IMG/VR virus record: IMGVR_UViG_3300005526_000002 | Coordinates: 1 to 51,247 of that record | Strand: one strand, 5' to 3' | Origin: a virus | Taxonomy: Duplodnaviria; Caudoviricetes | Length of the DNA: 51,247 bases | Shown here: one piece after another, positions 28,001 through 36,994 of the stretch | Position numbering within the stretch: position 1 is the first letter of the stretch | Layout of the letters: every line of letters starts with the position of its first letter | Notes under the pieces: model-generated | What the model saw: the letters and a program-made list of their open reading frames with translations, nothing else | Database searches by the model: none | Told to the model about the DNA's origin: nothing | Program-made: the position numbers and the translations under genes

Positions 28001-29387
28001 TTGGTTGGAACGTTAACCAAGGATACTGCGCCACCAAGAGGGCATTCTGCGGGCTGATGAAGTTCAACCCGCCGCCTGCGTCCATACCAAGACCCGAACC
28101 GGGTGCCATTCCCGATATGCCGGTACCCAGAGTACCTTGTGCCGGGGCTGTAGCGGTCGCTGGTGCGGCAGTTGACGTTGGAGCGGTTGATGTAGGTGCA
28201 GGACCAATAGCCGGGCTCTCGCCTATGTTAGCGGCTGTAGAAACGTTTCCAAAACCAATGCTGGGGTTACCGAGAGAAGTAGATATGCCGGTTGTCGGGG
28301 ACGGGCCAAAATTCATCCCAAATTCACTAGAAAGGTTACCAAACGAATTTGGTGACGGAGACAGTGCAGCTTGTGCTTGGTTCGCAGCAGTATTGGCTAA
28401 TCCTTGCGCCACGTTAGGACCAAAAGTCGCTTCAGTAGGCATGGCAGCGTCGATAGCGTTAACGTCACCCCAATCGGCTACCCCCATTTCCGCGTCTGTA
28501 GGGGCTTGAGAGGCTGGTAGGGAAGGCGCAGGGGCGGGTGCTTGCGGCCCTACGGCATCATTCACCGCGCTGTTGATAGCCGCCACAGCCGGGCTTTCTG
28601 TGGCTTGAACACCGAAGTTACCAAATGCCTGACCGAAGTCGGGCGCGGCCGGGACCGCAGCTTGTGCGGGCGAAGCCGGGGCAGCGGAAGCCGCAGCCGT
28701 AGCAGGCGCGGTACCGAGTGCAGCCGCTACCGCAGCCGCTAGCGAGCCAGTATCGCTGCTAATGCTGTCGGCTGCATTTAGCCCCATGGACGACGCAGTT
28801 GGGCCGATACCGGCGATACTGCCAAATGCAGCATCCGAAGGAGCGGAAATACCGGTGTTGCCCATACCGCCGGGCGCACCAAAACCTCCAAAACCACCAA
28901 TACCGCCGAGAGAACCGGCAGCGGGTGCATTACCAATACCTAATCCACCGATACTGCCGGTATCGTTACCCGGTACGCCTTCACCGGGAACACCAGATAC
29001 ACCACCAAAACCGCCGAAACCACCTAATGCACCGAAGGAAGCAGCCGCCGCAGCATTTGCCGCTGCTTCGCCGCTGATCGAACCAAAGTCACCTGAAAGG
29101 CTACCAATGCCGCTAGCTAGGCCAGAGTTAGCCGCCGCCGCAGCGGCAGCATCCGCTGCCTGACCAAAACCGCCGAAATCGCCAAAATCGCTTACACTGA
29201 CGCCAGTAACGCTAGAAGTAGCATCGCTATCGCTAACACTTACACCGGGATCACCGCTATCGGAGCCAGCATCGCCCGCGTCACCACCTTCCCCACCTTC
29301 GCCACCTTCGCCACCTTCGCCGCCTTCGCCACCTTCGTCAAACCAGCGTGGCGGTCGTCCCCTGTTCCAACCAAATCCACCAGCCAT
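27993..29387 (-). CDS. Gly/Ala/Ser/Pro-rich low-complexity protein (464 aa), possible ejection/virion protein
   Basis: Start MAGGF directly after the upstream stop; (GGE)n and GGFGG repeats. Confidence 0.65.
   Translation of the reverse strand: MAGGFGWNRGRPPRWFDEGGEGGEGGEGGEGGEGGDAGDAGSDSGDPGVSVSDSDATSSVTGVSVSDFGDFGGFGQAADAAAAAAANSGLASGIGSLSGDFGSISGEAAANAAAAASFGALGGFGGFGGVSGVPGEGVPGNDTGSIGGLGIGNAPAAGSLGGIGGFGGFGAPGGMGNTGISAPSDAAFGSIAGIGPTASSMGLNAADSISSDTGSLAAAVAAALGTAPATAAASAAPASPAQAAVPAAPDFGQAFGNFGVQATESPAVAAINSAVNDAVGPQAPAPAPSLPASQAPTDAEMGVADWGDVNAIDAAMPTEATFGPNVAQGLANTAANQAQAALSPSPNSFGNLSSEFGMNFGPSPTTGISTSLGNPSIGFGNVSTAANIGESPAIGPAPTSTAPTSTAAPATATAPAQGTLGTGISGMAPGSGLGMDAGGGLNFISPQNALLVAQYPWLTFQPTS
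29281..29340 (-). repeat. 9-bp tandem repeat encoding EGGEGGEGG
   Basis: (CCACCTTCG)n with variants. Confidence 0.85.
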
Positions 29388-29388
29388 A

Positions 29389-29682
29389 TCATCCAACCGC
29401 TGCCAGATAATCGTTGAATAAAGCCGGTGTTGCAGCCACGTAAGCTGCACCATTCCACAAGTACAACGTACCTTCTGCGGTATAGCTAGGCGTGGCCGGA
29501 GCAAACCACATAGTGGTAGCTTGATTGGCTACCGGCTGCGAAGCAGATATTGACACATTGATAAGACCAGAACGGCTTAAAGCCGATATCATAAAATCAA
29601 GTCCCGGCATTTCACCTTTTTGGACGCCGCCAGTAACAGCACGCATCAATCCAACGAAGTCAGTCGCAGCGTTATAAGTCAT
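29389..29682 (-). CDS. Standalone paralog of the tail-fibre N-terminal domain
   Basis: MTYNAATDFVGLMRAVTGGVQKGEMPGLDF versus MAYNFATDFVGLWRAVTGGVEKGEIPGLDF. Confidence 0.75.
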   Translation of the reverse strand: MTYNAATDFVGLMRAVTGGVQKGEMPGLDFMISALSRSGLINVSISASQPVANQATTMWFAPATPSYTAEGTLYLWNGAAYVAATPALFNDYLAAVG

Positions 29683-29693
29683 GGTTCATTTCC

Positions 29694-30944
29694 TTATGCG
29701 GTACGAATGCAGAGAGATACGTTTGTTGCCGCACCCGTAACAAACAGAGACAGGAAAGATACTGTAACCCAAGTTCCAGATAACGGAAACCCGCCCGGTC
29801 CTACTGGTGAGTTTCCACCATTAGGGTCTAACGCATAGGTACCAATATCGCCAATACCCGGTACCGTACTTGTAGCAGCGTCCCAAGCCGGGTCTGCACC
29901 CGCACCATTTGTTTTTAAAAATTGACCAGATGTACCGGGTCCGAGAGCAACCCAAGCACTAGCGTTGCGGTAAATGATGCTACCTTGCGTAGCACCGAAC
30001 AACGCATCCAAGTTAGCAGACGTTACCGCAATTGAAGTGTTTGCCCACGATGGGTTAGCAGCGGCACCGTTTGATTGCAATATCTGCCCCGCCGTACCCG
30101 GTGCGAGCACAGTCCATACTGTAGCATTACGATATAAAATATCGCCTTGCGTGCTGCCAATGCTGTCAAGTGAGAAACCAGTAGTGCTTGTCCATGATGG
30201 ATTGGCACCAGCACCACCAGAAGTTAAAAACTGTCCGTTTGTTCCCGGTGCGAGCACAGTCCATACTGTAGCATTACGATATAAAATATCGCCTTGTGTG
30301 CTGCCAAAAGTATCTAGATTAGTTGAATTACTCGCCCATGCCGGGTTTGCCGCTGCGCCGCCAGAAGTTAAAATCTGTCCTGCTGATCCCGGTGCAAGCA
30401 CTTGCCATGCCGATGCACCACGATAAATGATATCGCCTTGTGTGGTACCAAGCACATCCAGAAATTCGCTAATTTGGCTATAAGATGTACCCGGCAATGG
30501 ATCAACAGGCCACATACCAGCGGACTTAGGACCGTAGATACCGCCGGGTGCGTCTAGCCTAAGATAGAAATCGCCATTTTGTCCGATAGCGTCATCAGGA
30601 ACACCATCACCAGCAAAAATAGTAAGGAAGTTACCACCGGTAGTGCTATTTGCTCCCAAGAATGCGAGAAACAAAGCGGGTGTCGCGGGCAAATAAGTGG
30701 TGGTTACGCTATCCCAAAGATACAACGCACCTTCAGCCGCGTAATCCGGTGTCGCCGTTCTAAACCATGCTGTGGTATCTTGATTAACTATCGGCGGCGT
30801 ACCCGATACTACCAATGGACTTAAGATACCCGCGCGAGCCAACGCAGCCACGACGAAATCAAGACCGGGAATTTCTCCCTTCTCAACGCCGCCGGTAACT
30901 GCGCGCCAAAGACCTACAAAATCTGTTGCAAAATTATATGCCAT
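29694..30944 (-). CDS. Tail fibre protein with ~49-aa shaft repeats
   Basis: Four repeats of TQGDI.YR.A..W..L.PG..GQ.L...G..ANP.W; G.P....GQNGDFY motif. Confidence 0.75.
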   Translation of the reverse strand: MAYNFATDFVGLWRAVTGGVEKGEIPGLDFVVAALARAGILSPLVVSGTPPIVNQDTTAWFRTATPDYAAEGALYLWDSVTTTYLPATPALFLAFLGANSTTGGNFLTIFAGDGVPDDAIGQNGDFYLRLDAPGGIYGPKSAGMWPVDPLPGTSYSQISEFLDVLGTTQGDIIYRGASAWQVLAPGSAGQILTSGGAAANPAWASNSTNLDTFGSTQGDILYRNATVWTVLAPGTNGQFLTSGGAGANPSWTSTTGFSLDSIGSTQGDILYRNATVWTVLAPGTAGQILQSNGAAANPSWANTSIAVTSANLDALFGATQGSIIYRNASAWVALGPGTSGQFLKTNGAGADPAWDAATSTVPGIGDIGTYALDPNGGNSPVGPGGFPLSGTWVTVSFLSLFVTGAATNVSLCIRTA

Positions 30945-31567
30945 TAGACAGGTAAGAACTCATCTTCAGCGGTGTATATCGAATTGATCGTGACAGTAAC
31001 CAGCGTTCCAGAAGACTGAAGACCGAGTTCAAGAACCGGATCGCCGGAATTAGCAGTAACAGGGAACGGAATAATATATTCCGACAGCAAACCTTCTGCG
31101 ATCAGTTGCGTAAGCTGCGTATCAGTGAGCGGTGCGCCTTCGGACAGCAAACCAATAGGCAGCACGTCGCTACCTGAAATAATTGTGCCGGGACCATCGC
31201 CATTTTCAGGCCAGCCGGTCCATGTCTTCGGTCCCCATATGAGGGGCTGCATGCCGTAGTTAGGATATCCTGCCCATTGCAGAAAATAATCTCCAACAAT
31301 ACCGATGTTATTGTTCGGCCCATTAGGACCAAACCATTTCAGAGTTGTGGTGTACGGCGAAGGAATAATGAAAAGGTAGTGTCCCCAATCATCAAGTCCG
31401 TTGATCTCACGTTTTTCAAACATCTGAAACGTGAGATTATCAATATAGAGATCACCAACCACACCAGCTTGTGGAACAGGCGGTCCAAATCCTCGCAGGA
31501 TTGGACCAAATTGTTTTGCCATAAAAGGGATGCTAGTACCAGCCATGCCGGTATCAAAGCCACTCAT
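30944..31567 (-). CDS. Tail-associated protein
   Basis: G.GPP...GVVGDLY and GIVGDYF...WGPKT..GWP modules related to the neighbouring fibre. Confidence 0.65.
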   Translation of the reverse strand: MSGFDTGMAGTSIPFMAKQFGPILRGFGPPVPQAGVVGDLYIDNLTFQMFEKREINGLDDWGHYLFIIPSPYTTTLKWFGPNGPNNNIGIVGDYFLQWAGYPNYGMQPLIWGPKTWTGWPENGDGPGTIISGSDVLPIGLLSEGAPLTDTQLTQLIAEGLLSEYIIPFPVTANSGDPVLELGLQSSGTLVTVTINSIYTAEDEFLPV

Positions 31568-31974
31568 AGCGCTGCCCCATTGTTGCGAGATATCTGAAGC
31601 GCCATGGAAAGACCGGTGCCGTCAACATTGTTGATATTAAGAATGCGAAGTCGTATCCAACCATCACGGTTGGCATTCATGCCTTTTGCAACAACCGTAT
31701 TTTGGTAGTTTTCTATCGGCCATGCTTCTGCATCTGATTGACCGCCGATAGTTTTCTGTTCCAGTAACAATTGCATTTCCGGCGCAGTAGGTTGCTTTGC
31801 TACCGTTGAAGATGCCGAGTTGACAAAATTCAACAATGCACGAGAAGCATTGACCGCTATCCAATCGCCTTTATTGACTGGAAGCCAGCCGGTTGCACCG
31901 CCAACAGCATCAGAATACACTTCGTCATACTGCACGCTGATACGCGAGTTAGACCCGCCCGGCCGGTAGAACAT
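31564..31974 (-). CDS. Hypothetical virion protein (beta-sandwich-like)
   Basis: Coupled in the late operon; WIRLRI strand. Confidence 0.6.
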   Translation of the reverse strand: MFYRPGGSNSRISVQYDEVYSDAVGGATGWLPVNKGDWIAVNASRALLNFVNSASSTVAKQPTAPEMQLLLEQKTIGGQSDAEAWPIENYQNTVVAKGMNANRDGWIRLRILNINNVDGTGLSMALQISRNNGAAL

Positions 31975-32211
31975 TTACTTACCTTTGCTGAAAGCGTTGA
32001 CGCCTTTCATGGCAGTACCGGAACCTCCACCAGAACCATGTTTGGACTTTGCCAAGCGGCGGTTACCGCTGGAAATGTCCGCAACAGCACTAGGATATCG
32101 GCTCAACTTGCCTTTGGGCATGCCGACTTTTCCGTACCATTCGGTACTGTTTTCGGTAATGCTATCGCCGGGACTGTTACCGAAGCCATTAATGCCTTTA
32201 TAAGTGGTCAT
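31975..32211 (-). CDS. Small basic Gly/Lys-rich protein
   Basis: GAGGAAAGG RBS; stop abuts the next start. Confidence 0.6.
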   Translation of the reverse strand: MTTYKGINGFGNSPGDSITENSTEWYGKVGMPKGKLSRYPSAVADISSGNRRLAKSKHGSGGGSGTAMKGVNAFSKGK

Positions 32212-32253
32212 TTCTGTTTACCTTTCCTCTGATTTAACCCATTTTAGCATGGT

Positions 32254-33234
32254 TTAGTCACTTGGGCTAGTGCTGGCGTTGGTCAGCGCGCCCGTCAGCG
32301 TGAACGTGCCGCCCGTGAGCTGGTTGGTGGCAAAGGTGTCTGCATCGCCACTGAATAAGACAGCTCCGCCAGCAGGAAAACCGGATGGATTTTTTGGTTT
32401 TCCCGTCACCGGATCGCGGAACAGCGCCAACGTGTCCGCTGAAATTGTCCCGGCCGTTAGCAACGAAATACCCGGTGCAATCCAAGCATCCGCGATATCA
32501 CCTATGATAGCCGAACCCAAACCACCACCAAAACTATCTGAGCCAAACCAGAATGACTTGCCGTTAAACACCATGTCAAATGGTCCTTGGTCATTACCAA
32601 GTGTAGTAGCATCTACTCCATCCAAAAATACTTTTCGCGTATTGCTACCGCTGATTTGTCCTGTTTGACCCGTAAATAATAATTGATGCCAATTAGCATC
32701 ATTTGGTGGAGGATTTATATCTGTGTTAACACCTAAAGCGCCTGCTTCGTTTTCCATACTTATGCGAATGGATGATCCTGATAATAGGTTGTCAACATAA
32801 GTCGAGTAGTTATTTTCAGAGTCAACTACAAATGGAAGTCCAGCATTCATCAACCAACCATCGTCCGGGTATGGTGGCGAGCCATTGTTTTTGAACCAGT
32901 ACATAAACGAAAACAAGTTATTATCGGTAGCGACAAGTGATGGGTTTACTAGCCATGTAGCACCGTCGAAGTGTACTGCCTTGGCGGTGTACGTATCACT
33001 TCCACTTTCAATAAAAGGCACGCCGCCAGAACCGCCGCCACGCCATTTTGAATATTTTTGTCCTTCTTTTCTTATCTCAAATTTTTGTTTTTCAGTTTTA
33101 ACTATCGGTAAGTTTGCAAGCACGAGCGGCTGTCCCGGCTTAAAAAGACGAGAGTGCTTCGCCAAGAAATAAGTAGCTACGGCCTGACTACCCTTTTCGG
33201 GTGACCGGCTTTTGCCCTTTTTTACGGGTGGCAT
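32254..33234 (-). CDS. LamG/concanavalin-A-like domain virion protein
   Basis: AVHFDG, FSFMYWFK, NWHQLL, VFLDG, GDIAD motifs. Confidence 0.7.
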   Translation of the reverse strand: MPPVKKGKSRSPEKGSQAVATYFLAKHSRLFKPGQPLVLANLPIVKTEKQKFEIRKEGQKYSKWRGGGSGGVPFIESGSDTYTAKAVHFDGATWLVNPSLVATDNNLFSFMYWFKNNGSPPYPDDGWLMNAGLPFVVDSENNYSTYVDNLLSGSSIRISMENEAGALGVNTDINPPPNDANWHQLLFTGQTGQISGSNTRKVFLDGVDATTLGNDQGPFDMVFNGKSFWFGSDSFGGGLGSAIIGDIADAWIAPGISLLTAGTISADTLALFRDPVTGKPKNPSGFPAGGAVLFSGDADTFATNQLTGGTFTLTGALTNASTSPSD

Positions 33235-33325
33235 TGTAAATCCTCGCTGCTTTCTTCTTTGCGGCTTTGGCTGGCATTCCCTTGCGTTCAAACTTATCGC
33301 GCATGGCTTCGTATTTGGCTGGCAT
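33188..33325 (-). CDS. Small basic protein (45 aa)
   Basis: MPAKYEAMRDKFERKGMPAKAAKKKAARIYNATRKKGQKPVTRKG; TAATG coupling. Confidence 0.6.
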   Translation of the reverse strand: MPAKYEAMRDKFERKGMPAKAAKKKAARIYNATRKKGQKPVTRKG

Positions 33326-33840
33326 TATTTGTACCCCACATTTACCGATAACGCGGAAGCAGTTGCAGCAGTTGTGTCAGTGGTAGCATACCCGCTTGTA
33401 ACGCAAATTGATATGCCGGTCGCAAACGGCATCCCGCCAGCCCAAGTATCAATAAACCCTGCCGTTGGGAGTATCGCCATTTGGTAGACCAAATTAGTCG
33501 CAGAGTTGCATCCGTTGAAACCAGATGCAGCGTCATACATGCGCAAATAATTTGTCGTGGCTGAATTATTGGTAACCGAAATTTTGTAAACCTTACCCGC
33601 ACCATTCTTGATGTTAGCGTGGTTATCAGATGCAGTTGGTTGAACAAAATAAACAATTGGGACCGGCGTGATGCACAAAACGCCGGTTAAGTCTTGGGCT
33701 GCTGGAAAAATTATGCCAGCAGTCAAACTTTGGGAACCACAATCTGCTACGGCTTGAACTCCGGTAACGCCTGACTGTGCGAATGCTGGTGCGCTGATTA
33801 ACAGCAGCGTTGTGATGATTAAACGTTTGAGCATGACCAT
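33325..33840 (-). CDS. Exported protein, paralog family A
   Basis: Sec signal MLKRLIITTLLLISAPAFA-Q; N-module shared with 37929 and C-domain shared with 36991. Confidence 0.75.
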   Translation of the reverse strand: MVMLKRLIITTLLLISAPAFAQSGVTGVQAVADCGSQSLTAGIIFPAAQDLTGVLCITPVPIVYFVQPTASDNHANIKNGAGKVYKISVTNNSATTNYLRMYDAASGFNGCNSATNLVYQMAILPTAGFIDTWAGGMPFATGISICVTSGYATTDTTAATASALSVNVGYK

Positions 33841-34238
33841 CACCCGTAGTAGCTGATATTAAGAACAGCACTAGCAGTCTGTTCGATGAACTTGATTGCA
33901 GACAGATCAACAGCGGCGTAATTCAGTTCTTCACCGATACCCAAGAGCATCCCGAGACTTGAAGTAGGATTGACACCATCATCGCGCCAGCGAACGGCAT
34001 GGCTTTCAACCACCACAACTGCCCTGACGGCACCGCCCGGCACCGTCAACCCGGTGGCTGCGGCTAAACTCGTAATTTGCTGGTAGCCCATTGGAGTGCC
34101 CATAATACCACCGTCTGTAAAATCTTTAAGTTGATCCACCGTGATTTTGACGTTAGCCGCACTTTGCACGCCTGCGAGTAATTCAGCACCGGTTAAAGCA
34201 CTCGCTGCTGGCATCCCCGAAATTTTGGTGTCGGCCAT
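33840..34238 (-). CDS. Virion fibre-associated protein
   Basis: MADTKIS N-terminus plus GYQQIT...VRWRDDG..PT...GM...LNISYY domain. Confidence 0.75.
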   Translation of the reverse strand: MADTKISGMPAASALTGAELLAGVQSAANVKITVDQLKDFTDGGIMGTPMGYQQITSLAAATGLTVPGGAVRAVVVVESHAVRWRDDGVNPTSSLGMLLGIGEELNYAAVDLSAIKFIEQTASAVLNISYYG

Positions 34239-34243
34239 AGCTA

Positions 34244-34399
34244 CTATTCCAGTACAATCTTGGAGCCGGTTTCTTGCAGAATGTAGCCATCGTCTTCTTT
34301 TAAGATAAAGCTAGCAGCAACAACGATAGCACCGCGCAACCGCCTGCGTGGTGTATTTAGTGGCGATACACCCCATCCTATGCGTGCTTGGTTTGTCAA
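34244..34399 (-). CDS. Small fibre-adaptor-like protein (51 aa)
   Basis: TTG start coupled to the upstream stop; FILKEDDGYILQETGSKIVLE motif immediately before the MADTKIS gene. Confidence 0.6.
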   Translation of the reverse strand: MTNQARIGWGVSPLNTPRRRLRGAIVVAASFILKEDDGYILQETGSKIVLE

Positions 34400-34821
34400 T
34401 TTTGCCTCTGTTCTTTACGGTTCAATTCGATTGAAGTTGATACCGCGCTAACTTGTTCTTCCAGTCTGTTGAAACCGGCATGCATTTCCGATTTCAAATC
34501 ATCATGAGCATCACGAACATCACGCTTAAATTCATCAGTAGCCTTATGGTAGGCATCCCGACGCATGTAGGTTTCGGCCGCAATAGCCCGAAATTCCATT
34601 GACTTCAACTCAAGCTGATGTATGCGGTCGCCGACATTAGCGATAACGTTACCTATGTTGGTTGACTGCATTTCCAAACGCGCCAGTAAATCATTACGCA
34701 CGGCTGTTAGTCCTTCATGGTGAGAAGTTGCCCCACCCCATACAAGTTTGAATAGCACAATACCCAAGCCCAAAGTTTGTACTGCTATCCCTGCCAGCAT
34801 TCCTATTTCGGCCGAAGTCAC
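34396..34821 (-). CDS. Single-TM coiled-coil protein
   Basis: GTGA coupling with GGAG RBS; N-terminal TM helix, AETYMRRD, coiled coil. Confidence 0.7.
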   Translation of the reverse strand: MTSAEIGMLAGIAVQTLGLGIVLFKLVWGGATSHHEGLTAVRNDLLARLEMQSTNIGNVIANVGDRIHQLELKSMEFRAIAAETYMRRDAYHKATDEFKRDVRDAHDDLKSEMHAGFNRLEEQVSAVSTSIELNRKEQRQN

Positions 34822-36014
34822 CCTGCTTTCTCCAACCAAGCTGGAAAATTGTCATTCAAGTGTTCTGGCATATCGCGCCAAAGAAGCCAACCACCGAGAA
34901 TGCAAGCGCTAGAACTTCCAAAAGTTATGCCAGTGTTATCGCCGAGATCGAGTGAACTGGTTGCGCGTAACGTACCGCCGCCTGTGAAAGTTATATCGCG
35001 AAAAGCGCAGTAAGTACAGGTAAGAGCCGCCGCCGACGATATCGTTTGAACGTTTGCATCTACACCGGATTGGATAATAACTTGATTTGTCGCATCCCCG
35101 GTTACATTCAAAGCGGTTTGGATATTACTGGTAATGCCTGCCGTCGTTATTTTATAAAGATTTGGCGCGGTAATGGTTAACGTCTTGATTGTATGCCCGT
35201 TAGCGCTACTGTTAGAAACACCAAGACCGGAGGTACGTGAACCTATTGACACAATATTCGCAGTTTGCGTGCCTAAGTTAAATGATTGCGTACCAGTTCC
35301 AGTTAACGCTATCGTTGAACCACCAGCATTAAAAGTTAAATTAGTTCCAACCGATGTACTAAATTGAGGACCGCCTGTACTATTGGACACGGTAAAAGTG
35401 CCATTACCCAAATTAATAGTGCGAGTGCCGGTCCCGCTGAAGCCAATCCCGCCAGACCCGGTAGCAGTAATGCTATCGTTATTGACGCTAAAATCCAGCG
35501 TCCCAGTGAATGCCCCAGCATCAAATGACGTTAACGTTATCGTGCCACCGCCAAAACTGGGAATAACCGTGCCGCCTTTTGAATTGGCGTCTAGAGTAGC
35601 GCCATCAGTCGAAACCGGTACACTCGATCCACCAGACCCGCAAGTTGCGGTCGAACTTGCTGCCCAATTTGCAGTATTAGTCGCGGTCCATATGCCGCCT
35701 GCCATGCAAGCAGTACCGCCAAAACCAGCACCGCCAAATGTGGTACCAGTTAATTCAACATGCGTGGTATCAACAACTGTGCTGATAGTTGTTGTGACGT
35801 TGCATCCTGTAATGCCGGTGATGCCTGTTACGATGACCGATGTACCAGCAACAATACCGCTGCCGACAATAGCGGGAGTAATTGTCAAACGACAAACTCC
35901 GCCCGTACCAGAGATAGCGCCAGTTACGCTGTAAGGGTTCCAAAAACGCGAAGCTGCGTTCGTGCAAGTAAGCGAGGCGAATAAAAACAAAAATGCGACT
36001 ATGACCCGCTTCAT
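34818..36014 (-). CDS. Exported Gly/Thr-rich beta-structured protein, paralog B1
   Basis: Signal MKRVIVAFLFLFASLTCTNA-A; C-terminal CILGGWLLWRDMPEHLNDNFPAWLEK. Confidence 0.8.
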   Translation of the reverse strand: MKRVIVAFLFLFASLTCTNAASRFWNPYSVTGAISGTGGVCRLTITPAIVGSGIVAGTSVIVTGITGITGCNVTTTISTVVDTTHVELTGTTFGGAGFGGTACMAGGIWTATNTANWAASSTATCGSGGSSVPVSTDGATLDANSKGGTVIPSFGGGTITLTSFDAGAFTGTLDFSVNNDSITATGSGGIGFSGTGTRTINLGNGTFTVSNSTGGPQFSTSVGTNLTFNAGGSTIALTGTGTQSFNLGTQTANIVSIGSRTSGLGVSNSSANGHTIKTLTITAPNLYKITTAGITSNIQTALNVTGDATNQVIIQSGVDANVQTISSAAALTCTYCAFRDITFTGGGTLRATSSLDLGDNTGITFGSSSACILGGWLLWRDMPEHLNDNFPAWLEKAG

Positions 36015-36994
36015 ATTACCTTCTCCAACCAAGCCGGAAAATTATCATTCAAATGTTCCGGCATGTCACGCCATAGAAGCCAACCGCCAAGAATGCACCC
36101 ACCGCTACCACCAAATGCAGCAGGACCGTTGAAAGATATATTGGTGTTGTTTTGTAGATTAAATGAATTGTTGGCGGTAAAAGAACCTGCGCCTGTAAAA
36201 GTTATGGTGCGAATGGCGCACCAAGTACACGTACCGGCAACCCCAGAAGCTATAGTTGACACGCCGCCTGCCACGTTACTCGTAACTAGGTATATTGGTT
36301 GAGAACTGGTACCTACCCAATTAAAAGCATTTGTTATCGTGAGAGTAGCACCATTAGAAACCTGAAAAATATTAGGTGCTGCTATGTTTAGCGTAGCAAT
36401 CGTATGGGACGCTGTACTGTCCTTAACGTTTGATGCTCCGGTTCGTGCACTTAGCGTAACAACATTTACCGCCTTAGCACCAAAATCAAAAGTCTGCGAA
36501 CCAACTCCTGAAGGAGCAAAAACAATTGTTGAACTGTTCGCATTAAACGTAAGTCCGGTAACGGTTGCCATATTCCATGTAGTAGAACCTAGACCGGTCA
36601 GCGTCCATGTGCCGTTACCGAGATTAATCGTTCGTGTTCCGGCCCCGGTAAAACTGATACCAGTAGCAGCGGAAACTGTTACGTTTTTATTGTTTGTTGC
36701 CCAATCCAACGTACCAGTGAATGCCCCTGCAATAATTTCACCAATGTTAAGATCGACATTGTTCGTAACAGTACCGCCGCCAGAGCTACCATCGAAGGTA
36801 GCAACGTCACCAGCATTTTTGGGCACACCGCCTGTGGCTGCGCAAGCAGTACCACCGCCAGATGTAGATTTCCAATGTGCGGCATCAGTAGAATTATCCC
36901 ATGTACCGGTACCACTCACCCAAAAGCAAGTTGCAGCTTCAACCGAAGTTGCAACCAAGCAAAGCAATAATGCTATGACAAGCCGCAGCATCAT
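36011..36994 (-). CDS. Exported Gly/Thr-rich beta-structured protein, paralog B2
   Basis: Signal MLRLVIALLLCLVATSVEA-A; same C-terminal motif as B1. Confidence 0.8.
   Translation of the reverse strand: MMLRLVIALLLCLVATSVEAATCFWVSGTGTWDNSTDAAHWKSTSGGGTACAATGGVPKNAGDVATFDGSSGGGTVTNNVDLNIGEIIAGAFTGTLDWATNNKNVTVSAATGISFTGAGTRTINLGNGTWTLTGLGSTTWNMATVTGLTFNANSSTIVFAPSGVGSQTFDFGAKAVNVVTLSARTGASNVKDSTASHTIATLNIAAPNIFQVSNGATLTITNAFNWVGTSSQPIYLVTSNVAGGVSTIASGVAGTCTWCAIRTITFTGAGSFTANNSFNLQNNTNISFNGPAAFGGSGGCILGGWLLWRDMPEHLNDNFPAWLEKVI

Noticed and set aside
30097-30307. Near-identical 64-bp pair as a DGR template/variable repeat
   Set aside because: No reverse transcriptase in the genome; both copies are in-frame shaft repeats with a single mismatch
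34825-36098. Shared C-terminal DNA of the two paralogs as DGR or invertase cassettes
   Set aside because: Differences are synonymous and not adenine-specific, the copies are in direct orientation, and no RT or recombinase was seen
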